From NCBI GenBank assembly GCA_043228905.1, contig JBHGNT010000009.1, positions 6,386,001 through 6,450,000 on the forward strand: a stretch of DNA of 64,000 nucleotides, read 5' to 3'. Numbering within the stretch: position 1 is the stretch's first letter; each line of letters begins with the position of its first letter. Positions 1 to 8,087 of this stretch are shown piece by piece. Below the pieces are notes generated by a model. It was not told the origin of the DNA. It ran no database searches and worked only from the letters and a program-made list of their open reading frames with translations. The position numbers and the translations under genes were made by a program. Source of the stretch: Azolla caroliniana (lineage: Eukaryota > Plantae > Polypodiophyta).

Positions 1-552
1 TGTTTCCATACTCTCTTCTTTAATCCCACGGACGACAATGTTCTTTGATCGTCGTTCGCGTTCTTTCAATTCTCGGACATCTATGCTTTCTATATTCTTC
101 TCTTGGTGCATCACATGCATATTAGATGAGTTTGATAACACATCCCCACCACATACATCGGCCCATGACTTCGTTGTACATACATTTTTCATCTCACTTA
201 CATCCCGCCTCATCGTATCCAATTTTTCTTCTTTTAATGCTTCCTTTAACTCAATCTTGTTAAGGCGCTCATTTGTTTCAAATGAAGCTCTTTTACATTC
301 TTGAATCTCTTCTTGAAGTTTTGCAACCACTTGTTTAAGACTTTCATTCTCAATGACAACACTTTGGAGCTTAGTATTCTCTTTCATTAACATCCTAATC
401 TCTTCACCTTGCTTGTTTATGGTTTCTTGAAGAGAAATCAAGTGACTCATAAGCATTTTGTCCATTGCATTAGAATCGAGATTTGTTGGTGATCTCGGCT
501 CATTATCAATCATACCCCCAAACTTTGCGGCGGTTTTACGAGTATTTGCCAT
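1..552 (-). CDS. LINE ORF1-like protein, N-terminal part (runs off the window's left edge; not in the ORF track)
   Basis: Manual translation from ATG at 552 gives 184 open codons: MANTRKTAAK...coiled-coil (LQETINKQGEEIRMLMKENTKLQSVVIENESLKQVVAKLQEEI)...KSWADVC...ELKERERRSKNIVVRGIKEESMET. The ERxRRxxNIVVxGIxE motif after a coiled coil is typical of non-LTR ORF1 proteins. Confidence 0.65.
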   Translation of the reverse strand, partial: MANTRKTAAKFGGMIDNEPRSPTNLDSNAMDKMLMSHLISLQETINKQGEEIRMLMKENTKLQSVVIENESLKQVVAKLQEEIQECKRASFETNERLNKIELKEALKEEKLDTMRRDVSEMKNVCTTKSWADVCGGDVLSNSSNMHVMHQEKNIESIDVRELKERERRSKNIVVRGIKEESMET

Positions 553-758
553 TATAGGGACAAACCGTACGGGAAAAGAGAGACAAAGAGGGAAGGAGAG
601 AGAATGTACCTTTCACTCGATTTAGGGCTTCAAAATCTACCTTCCGTTTGAGGAACCGTGGGGCAAAGATGGCTGCGGATGAAAATGCTCATAACTTCTC
701 GCCACGGTAACGGAATTCAGTAAATGAACATTCTTTAGAAAGCTCTCTCAAAGAGCTT

Positions 759-943
759 GAGAGAGAGAGACAAGGAGTAAGACACAGAGAATACGCAAGG
801 TAAGGTGTATTAACAAAGGAGAAAGACTCAACATTATACAAGGTGGGAGAATTGGTTGTGTGGAACACTTACATGTGTTTCATTGTTGTAAAGAATCAAG
901 AGATGGATTCTGTGCAGCGGAATAGATATGAACTATGTGTGTG

Positions 944-979
<36 letters not shown>

Positions 980-1157
980 ACACACAAGGAGTAAGACACA
1001 GAGAATACGCAAGGTAAGGTGTATTAACAAAGGAGAAAGACTCAACATTATACAAGGTGGGAGAATTGGTTGTGTGGAACACTTACATGTGTTTCATTGT
1101 TGTAAAGAATCAAGAGATGGATTCTGTGCAGCGGAATAGATATGAACTATGTGTGTG

Positions 1158-1198
<41 letters not shown>

Positions 1199-1270
1199 AG
1201 GAGTAAGACACAAAGAATACACAAGGTAAGGTGTATTAACAAAGGAGAAAGTCTCACAAGGTGGGAGGAG
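759..1270. repeat. ~214-bp tandem duplication of the host-flank/copia-B LTR junction (about 2.5 units, with (GA)n tracts)
   Basis: ATTGGTTGTGTGGAACACTTACATGTGTTTCATTGT followed by TGTAAAGAATCAAG occurs twice, with LTR starts at 887 and 1101. A partial unit lies at 759-850. Confidence 0.85.
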
Positions 1271-1347
1271 GGTGCTTTATATAGTCACCCTCTCTCTTCA
1301 TTAACTACAAGACTCATGGAGGATGGGGAATGTGAAAGCTCATAAGT
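1101..1347 (-). repeat. Copia B 3' LTR, interrupted by chromovirus C
   Basis: Matches the LTR starting at 12078 up to GCTCATAAGT, then switches to the TGTCATGA start of LTR C. Confidence 0.85.
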
Positions 1348-1352
1348 TGTCA

Positions 1353-1424
1353 TGATGTGGCAAGACTCGAACCCATGACCTTATGCTACATGGGTCGAGC
1401 TCTTGACCATTACACCATACATTG
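1353..1424 (-). other. tRNA-like Pol III A/B-box module inside LTR C (degenerate, not a functional tRNA)
   Basis: Minus strand: A-box TGGTGTAATGG (1417-1407) and B-box GGTTCGAGTCT (1373-1363). The 44-nt offset equals tRNA positions 8 to 52. Confidence 0.6.
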
Positions 1425-1493
1425 TAATTCATAAAATATTGTTTTCATTTATATTTTATTATAGAAAATTGATGTATATTCCAGATTTCTCTG

Positions 1494-1538
1494 GAACATT
1501 CTAGAAACTTCAGGAGTATTCCTCAGAACACTATAAAA
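1494..1538 (+). promoter_or_regulatory. Heat-shock element (4 alternating units) and TATA box in LTR C
   Basis: GAAcaTTCtaGAAacTTC at 1494-1511; TATAAAA at 1532-1538. Confidence 0.6.
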
Positions 1539-1643
1539 GGAGGCACAAGGCATTATTTCGAACCAAATCAGTTCAACGCCAGTCTTAAGCCTCCTAGCTA
1601 TTACTGTAGATTCTCTTCACATAATATATATATTTTCTTATCA

Positions 1644-1687
<44 letters not shown>

Positions 1688-1756
1688 CACCTCTCTTAGT
1701 ACTAATACTTCTTTTAGTACTAATTCCTTCTCTGTCTTAGTACTGTTCATGACAAT

Positions 1757-1768
1757 TTGAACCGATTT
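1757..1768 (+). other. Non-tRNA (self-priming type) PBS of chromovirus C
   Basis: TTGAACCGATTT lies 2 nt after the LTR. It is the reverse complement of the LTR 12-mer AAATC(A/G)GTTCAA at 1565-1576 (1 mismatch) and 49860-49871 (exact). Confidence 0.7.
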
Positions 1769-1848
1769 TGCCTCATTCTTCCTTCCGTATCTTCCTTTCC
1801 TCCTCTTCCTTTTATCTTCTTATTAATCCTCTTATCCTCCCTAGTAAA

Positions 1849-2621
1849 ATGGAAATTGTTAGCGCTCAGGAATACCAATCTGTTTTCTCAGAGCTCTAGT
1901 GGTTAAAAGAGAAATTTATAGCACTAGAACAAGAAAATCATCGTTTGTTGGGGGATCTTCAACAAATAACGTTGGAAAAACAACAACAACATGGGGAGCT
2001 GATGTTACGTGTACAACAACTCGAAGCGACTATCGTATCATTACAACAACAAGGATCAAGCACTCAAGGGATTCACAAAGAACCCAAGATCAGTCTTCCT
2101 GCAAAATTTGATGGGACCCGATCATAGTTTAGAGGGTTTTTGAATCATGTACGTTTAGTGATACAAATGCATCCTTCTCGATATCCCACCAATGCATCAC
2201 GAGTTGGACTAGTAGGCACTGTCCTTAGTGGCTCAGCGTTAGCATGGTTTGCTCCATTGTTGGAAAAGGAATCTCCATTACTATACAGTTTTGAAGAATT
2301 TATAAGTGAGTTTAAGGCATGTTTTGGAGATACTAACAGCATAAGGACTGCAATCAACAAATTTCGGCGATTACACCAAGGTGACCGTCCAGCCTCCGCA
2401 TACACTGCAATTTCCGCCTACTCAATGCTGATATCCCTTGGGATGATCACGCATTGATGGAGCAATTTCGTTATGGTTTACGCAATGATGTCAAGGATTT
2501 ACTCTTGACCTTCCCCGAAGAGCCAAAGTCATTAACAGAAGCAATCAGTCGCGCGGTGAGATGCGACAACCGCCTCTTCGAACGACGTTCGGAACGACAA
2601 TTCCAGATTCTGAGGGCAAGA
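1849..2621 (+). pseudogene. Chromovirus C gag, N-terminal part (stops and frameshift)
   Basis: ORF-track fragments 1945-2127 and 2140-2457 are homologous to D gag 59630-60022 (retrotransposon gag domain). Confidence 0.8.
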
Positions 2622-3283
2622 TGTTAGGAATTCGACGCTTTCAAAACCTTCACCTCTCGGCCACAACCGAGGAAACACGAATCAATGCAGAAGTAAATCA
2701 AAACACAGAGAGAGACTCGAATGCACAGGGTTTAGCGTGGAAAACCCTAGACGGGAAAAACCACGGGAGTGCAAGACTCCAACTATCACTATACGCAGGG
2801 AATGTACAATGGCGAGCTGCAAGGCGACGACCTTGAGCTCGCTGTCCTCGCCACAGGCGGCGGTATTACACAGAGGCGTCGACCTCTTCCTTTCTCTCTC
2901 TCTCACTCTCTCTCTCGGTTGCTCTCACTTCACTCCCTCTAAGTGGAAAACAGAAAAATGAGCAACAACAACAAAACTGTTTGCCCTAAGTCATATTTAT
3001 ACACATATGACTTTCGGGCTATTTACAAATATAGCCTAGAGGGCCCTTGGAAAGCATATTCACAAATATGTCCCCGCATCTGGATCTCTCTCCGGGTACA
3101 TTCGTCATCCGGCTCCGTAGCCGGGGTCTTCATCATCCGGCTCCGAAACCGGGTCTTCGTCATCCGGCTCCGTAGCCGGGGTCTTCATCATCCGGTTCCG
3201 ATACCGGGTACTCCTCATTCAGGTCTTCATTCCCGATTCCCGGACATCTGACCATCCCATCCGGAGGGACCATAATCCCAACA
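2622..3283 (-). repeat. Copia A 3' LTR (662 bp)
   Basis: TGTTAGG...CCCAACA termini; direct repeat of 7399-8087; abuts PPT AGGGGGAGTT. Confidence 0.95.
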
Positions 3284-3293
3284 AACTCCCCCT

Positions 3294-6200
3294 TCACTTC
3301 GGCATGGGATGTCTTTCCAGTCCGACCCTCTTCCGGCACGCTTCCAGCTTGTCGGGTGTGAGCACTTTGGTCAGCATATCTGACCCGTTCTCGTCCGTGT
3401 GGATCTTCGTCAGCACGAACTCCTGGTCTTCTATCCTTTCCCGGATCCAGTGATATCTTCGCTGGATGTGCTTCGTCCGTGAGTGATAGGCCGCGTTCTT
3501 CGCAAGGTGGATGGCACTCTGACTGTCGCAGTAGAGTCGGTACTCCTCCTGCCGGATACCGAGCTCTCTAATGAAGTCCTTCATCCATATTATTTCCTTG
3601 CCGGCTTCAACAGCCGCCATGTACTCCGCCTCCGTGGTCGACAACGCAACCGTCTTCTGCAGCCTCGACTGCCACGAAACAGCTCCCCCTGCATACGTCA
3701 TCACATACCCTGATGTGGACCGGCTGGTATCTGCATCAGCCGACATATCCGAATCGGTAAAGCCATCGAGTTCGGGCTTACCGGAGCCGAATCGGAGGCA
3801 CACGTTTGCCGTGCCCTTCAGGTATCGGAGTATCCACTTGGCCGCGTTCCAGTGCTCTTTGCCGGGATTGCTCATGTACCGGCTCACCACTCCGACTGCA
3901 TATCCTATGTCCGGTCTTGTACACACCATTGCGTACATCAAGCTTCCGACGGCAGAGGCATATGGTACTTTCATCATGTCCTCCTTCTCAGCCTTTGTCT
4001 TGGGGCTTTGCTTGCTGGACAACCTGCAGTTTGCCGGGAGGGTTGACAAGACCGGTCTTGCTTCCGACATGTTGAACCGGTGAAGCACCTTTGTCACGTA
4101 CTTCTCCTGTGACAGCCACAACTGCTTCTTCTTCCGGTCCCGGATGATGTGCATCCCTAGTATTTGCCTTGCCGGACCCAGGTCCTTCATTGAGAAGGTT
4201 CGGTGAAGCGCTTTCTTCAGCATCCGTATCTTGACCTGGTCCCGTCCGACGATCAACATGTCGTCCACGTACAGGAGGAGTATTAGAAAGTCTCCTCCTT
4301 CGAACTTCTTCACAAACACGCAGTGATCGGACTGCGTTTTGTGGTACCCTTCGTCGGTCATGAAAGAGTCGAACTTCCGGTACCATTGCCGGGGAGCCTG
4401 CTTCAGTCCGTAAAGGCTCTTCTTCAACCGGCATACCAGGTGCTCCTTCCCTTTCTTCTCGAATCCTTCCGGTTGCTGCATGTAGATCTCTTCTTCGAGG
4501 TCACCGTGAAGGAATGCCGTCTTCACGTCCATCTGTTCTACCTCGAGGTCCATGCTTGCCGCTATGCTCAGCACCGTCCGGATGGAGGTCATCTTCACTA
4601 CCGGGGCAAATATCTCGTCGAAGTCGACGCCCTTCTTCTGCTGGAACCCCTTCACCACGATCCTGGCTTTGTATCTCGGGGGGTTTCCGGCATCTCCCGG
4701 TTTCAGCTTGAACACCCACTTGTTTCGAAGTGCCCGCTTTCCTTTCGGCAACTCCACAAGTTCATATGTGTGGTTCTCATGCAGGGAATCCATCTCCTCC
4801 TGCATGGCACTTAACCACCTGCGGCTATGGGTGTCAAGCTTTGCTTCTTCAAAACTCTCCGGCTCCCCCTCGTCGGTTAGTAGCACGTGCTCTGGTTCCG
4901 GAAATCTCCGGGGGGCCCTTCTCTCTCTTAGAGGATATCTCCGTTTCGGAGCTTCGGTAACCGGCTCCTCCGTTTCCTCTTCATCCGAATCCATTTCGGG
5001 ATCGGGGCCGGTTCCGGTATCAGTTTCATCTTCCTCGGCCGGTTCTGTTTCTTCACCGTCTTCGGCCGGATCCTCGAGTGCTAACCGGTCCCTTGCCGGT
5101 CGGGACTGCTCCTCGTAGAGTTGATCCTCACCGGTCGACTTGGAGGTCTTCATCTTCTTCTCCGACTCCCTGTCGGCGAGTGTCTTGTCCTCCATGAAGA
5201 TGATATCACGACTCCGGAATATCTTTTTGTCGACCGGGTCCCATACTCGGTAGCCGAACTCGTCATCGCCGTAACCGAGGAATATGCATGGCCGGGTCTT
5301 TGGATCTAGCTTTCCTCTCCGGTCCTTTGCCACATGCACATATGCGAGACACCCGAACACCTTCAGATGCCGGTAGGATACTTCCCTGCCGGTCCACACT
5401 CTCTGCGGCGTGTCTCCGTCCAAAGGTACTGAGGGTGATCTGTTTATCACGTATGTCGCCGTCGACATTGCCTCAGCCCAAAACCCCTTGGGTAATTTCG
5501 CATGCGCCAGCATACTCCGGACCCTCTCCATTATGGTCCAGTTCATCCTCTCGGCCAGCCCGTTCAGTTCCGGCGTCTTCGGCACAGTAAACTCGAGCCG
5601 GATTCCCTTCGAGCGACAGTACTCCTCGAACTGCCCCCGGTATTCCCCTCCGTTGTCCGCTCGTATCGCTTTCAGCTTCTTGCCGGATTCCCTTTCCACT
5701 CTCGCGTGGAGTTCTTTGAAAACGCACAACACTTGGTCCTTTTTCTTCAACGGTGCCGTCCATAGCTTCCGGCTGTGGTCATCAATGAATGTCACGAAGT
5801 GCTGGGCTCCGCCATGTGACTTCGTTTCTACTTGACACACGTCAGTGTGCACCAACTCCAATGGTGCGCTACGTCTTGTCGGTGGCCTTGAGTGGAAGGA
5901 GGTTCGGTTCTGCTTACCGGCCAGGCAATCGGTGCACTTCTCCAGGTGCACATGCTTCACTGGAATAAGGTTGTCTTCTGCAAGCCTCTTCATCCCCTTC
6001 TCACTCATGTGGCACAGTCTCTTGTGCCACAGCTCACCGGCAGTATCGGCTGCCACGTTCAACTCCTCCGGACACAACCAGGCATTCATAAGGTACAGTG
6101 TGTTGACTTTCCGGGCCCGAGCCACTATCAGGCTCCCCTTGCTGAACTTCATTACGCAGTTCCAGATGCTACCTGTGTAGCCTTCATTGTCTAGCCTCCC

Positions 6201-7367
6201 GGCCGAAATCAGGTTCAATCGAACCTCCGGAACGTGTCGGACATCCTTCAGCAACATTTTGCATCCGGTCGAGGTTGTCAACCACACGTCTCCTATGCCG
6301 GCAATCCGGCACGTACCTTCGTTTCCCATCCGAACGCAGCCATGCTCACCGGCTGTATAGGATGAGAAGTATCTTCTTTCCGGGGTCAGGTGGAACAACG
6401 CTCCGGAATCGACCACCCAAGTAGTCTCATCGCCGGCAATGTTTAGTTCACCTTCTTCGGTGATGAGCATGATCTCCTCTTCACTTGCCGCGAGTGCCGT
6501 CGTTCCTTTCCGGTCCTGCCCTCGCCGATCCGAACCATTCCGGTCCGTGGCTCCCCGGTAAGCACCGTTCCGTTCCGAAGACTTCTTCGAATCGGTGTCG
6601 TCGGCTCCGTTGTCTTTTCGGTAATGCCGACAATTCTTTCGGAAGTGCCCCGGCTTCCCACAGTGGAAGCATGTGGGCCTTCCTCTTGACTGCGACCGGG
6701 TCCCCGACTTCTCCCGTCTTTGCGGACTCCGGTTCCGTTGTCTTCCCCGATCCGATTCGGTAAGCAGCATCTTCGGATCGGAGGCCGGTTCTTTATCTCT
6801 CCGACGCGCTTCTTCGTTCAAAATGCTTGTCTTTACCGTTTGTAAGGACAAGTTATCTTCGGTGCAGGAGGTGCTGAGAGTCACCACCAAGTTCTCCCAG
6901 CTTTCCGGCAATGTACACATCAGCATGATGGCTTGCATTGCATCCTCCAACGAGAACTTGATCGTCGCAAGCTGGTTCACGAATCCCATGAACGTGCTTA
7001 CGTGTTCCACCATACTCTCGCCGTCCCGGTACTTGAGGTTCACTATCTTCCTCATCAGGGAGGTCCGGTTCAACGCATTCTTCCTCTCGTAGAGGCCCGA
7101 CAGCTTCTGCCACATCTCATATGCGTTGGTGTCGTTCGCCACATGTTGTAGAACGCTCACGTCGACGTATTGCCGAATGGTTGCAACGGCTTTCCGGTTC
7201 AGAAGCCTCCATTCCGTCTCAAGTACCCCCTTGGGTATTTCCGACCTGTCGATCGGTTCATACAGGTCCCGAACAATGAGCAGATCCTCCATCTTTATCT
7301 TCCAGTCGGCGTAGTTCTGCGCATTCAGCACCATCATCCCCGGCTGCCCGCTGCTGCCGCCTTCCAT
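3294..7367 (-). CDS. Copia gag-pol polyprotein (gag, CCHC, protease, integrase, RT, RNase H)
   Basis: 1360-aa ORF (track start 7376; first ATG at 7367). Motifs: CFHCGKPGHFRKNC, WVVDSGA, WHKRLCH, ELVHTDVC, FIDDHSR, RADNGGEY, NGLAERMN, QMDVKTAFLHG, LYGLKQAPRQW, YVDDML, TDSD, TEAEYMA, CDSQSAI. Confidence 0.96.
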   Translation of the reverse strand: MEGGSSGQPGMMVLNAQNYADWKIKMEDLLIVRDLYEPIDRSEIPKGVLETEWRLLNRKAVATIRQYVDVSVLQHVANDTNAYEMWQKLSGLYERKNALNRTSLMRKIVNLKYRDGESMVEHVSTFMGFVNQLATIKFSLEDAMQAIMLMCTLPESWENLVVTLSTSCTEDNLSLQTVKTSILNEEARRRDKEPASDPKMLLTESDRGRQRNRSPQRREKSGTRSQSRGRPTCFHCGKPGHFRKNCRHYRKDNGADDTDSKKSSERNGAYRGATDRNGSDRRGQDRKGTTALAASEEEIMLITEEGELNIAGDETTWVVDSGALFHLTPERRYFSSYTAGEHGCVRMGNEGTCRIAGIGDVWLTTSTGCKMLLKDVRHVPEVRLNLISAGRLDNEGYTGSIWNCVMKFSKGSLIVARARKVNTLYLMNAWLCPEELNVAADTAGELWHKRLCHMSEKGMKRLAEDNLIPVKHVHLEKCTDCLAGKQNRTSFHSRPPTRRSAPLELVHTDVCQVETKSHGGAQHFVTFIDDHSRKLWTAPLKKKDQVLCVFKELHARVERESGKKLKAIRADNGGEYRGQFEEYCRSKGIRLEFTVPKTPELNGLAERMNWTIMERVRSMLAHAKLPKGFWAEAMSTATYVINRSPSVPLDGDTPQRVWTGREVSYRHLKVFGCLAYVHVAKDRRGKLDPKTRPCIFLGYGDDEFGYRVWDPVDKKIFRSRDIIFMEDKTLADRESEKKMKTSKSTGEDQLYEEQSRPARDRLALEDPAEDGEETEPAEEDETDTGTGPDPEMDSDEEETEEPVTEAPKRRYPLRERRAPRRFPEPEHVLLTDEGEPESFEEAKLDTHSRRWLSAMQEEMDSLHENHTYELVELPKGKRALRNKWVFKLKPGDAGNPPRYKARIVVKGFQQKKGVDFDEIFAPVVKMTSIRTVLSIAASMDLEVEQMDVKTAFLHGDLEEEIYMQQPEGFEKKGKEHLVCRLKKSLYGLKQAPRQWYRKFDSFMTDEGYHKTQSDHCVFVKKFEGGDFLILLLYVDDMLIVGRDQVKIRMLKKALHRTFSMKDLGPARQILGMHIIRDRKKKQLWLSQEKYVTKVLHRFNMSEARPVLSTLPANCRLSSKQSPKTKAEKEDMMKVPYASAVGSLMYAMVCTRPDIGYAVGVVSRYMSNPGKEHWNAAKWILRYLKGTANVCLRFGSGKPELDGFTDSDMSADADTSRSTSGYVMTYAGGAVSWQSRLQKTVALSTTEAEYMAAVEAGKEIIWMKDFIRELGIRQEEYRLYCDSQSAIHLAKNAAYHSRTKHIQRRYHWIRERIEDQEFVLTKIHTDENGSDMLTKVLTPDKLEACRKRVGLERHPMPK

Positions 7368-7398
7368 TTTCTGCACTGCAGTCGCTCTGATACCAGAT

Positions 7399-8087
7399 TG
7401 TTAGGAATTCGACGCTTTCAAAACCTTCACCTCTCGGCCACAACCGAGGAAACACGAATCAATGCAGAAGTAAATCAAAACACAGAGAGAGACTCGAATG
7501 CACAGGGTTTAGCGTGGAAAACCCTAGACGGGAAAAACCACGGGAGTGCAAGACTCCAACTATCACTATACGCAGGGAATGTACAATGGCGAGCTGCAAG
7601 GCGACGACCTTGAGCTCGCTGTCCTCGCCACAGGCAGCGGTATTACACAAAGGCGTCGACCTCTTCCTTTCTCTCTCTCTCACTCTCTCTCTCGGCTGCT
7701 CTCACTTCGCTCCCTCTAAGTGGAAAACAGAAAAATGAGCAACAACAACAAAACTGTTTGCCCTAAGTCATATTTATACACATATGACTTTCGGGCTATT
7801 TACAAATATAGCCTAGAGGGCCCTTGGCAAGCATATTCACAAATATGTCCCCGCATCCGGATCTCTCTCCGGGTACATTCGTCATCCGGCTCCGTAGCCG
7901 GGGTCTTCATCATCCGGCTCCAAAACCGGGTCTTCGTCATCCGGCTCCGTAGCCGGGGTCTTCATCATCCGGCTCCGGAACCGGGTCTTCATCATCCGGT
8001 TCCGATACCGGGTACTCCTCATTCGGGTCTTCATTCCCGATTCCCGGACATCTGACCATCCCATCCGGAGGGACCGTAATCCCAACA
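7399..8087 (-). repeat. Copia A 5' LTR (689 bp)
   Basis: Adjacent to the tRNA-iMet PBS; carries one extra 27-bp unit relative to the 3' LTR. Confidence 0.95.

Larger units (their letters stand above)
1348..1754 (+). repeat. Chromovirus C 5' LTR (407 bp)
   Basis: 8-bp terminal inverted repeats; TATAAAA at 1532; homologous to the LTR at 49643, which follows a PPT. Confidence 0.88.
2622..8087 (-). mobile_element. Intact young Ty1/copia retrotransposon A (Tnt1/Tork-like)
   Basis: LTRs 2622-3283 and 7399-8087 differ by about 9 substitutions counted by eye plus one 27-bp repeat unit. PBS TGGTATCAGAGC at 7395-7384; PPT at 3284-3293; single uninterrupted polyprotein ORF. Confidence 0.96.

Noticed and set aside
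1353-1424. Functional tRNA gene
   Set aside because: The acceptor and T stems pair poorly and there is no canonical 7-nt anticodon loop. It is reported only as a tRNA-like LTR module.
3095-3215. CRISPR-like array of 27-28-bp repeats
   Set aside because: The units are contiguous with no unique spacers, lie inside a eukaryotic LTR, and there are no cas genes.
3483-7314. Many overlapping and antisense ORFs within copia A (likewise in B, F, G)
   Set aside because: Expected shadow ORFs in GC-rich coding DNA, with no recognisable motifs.
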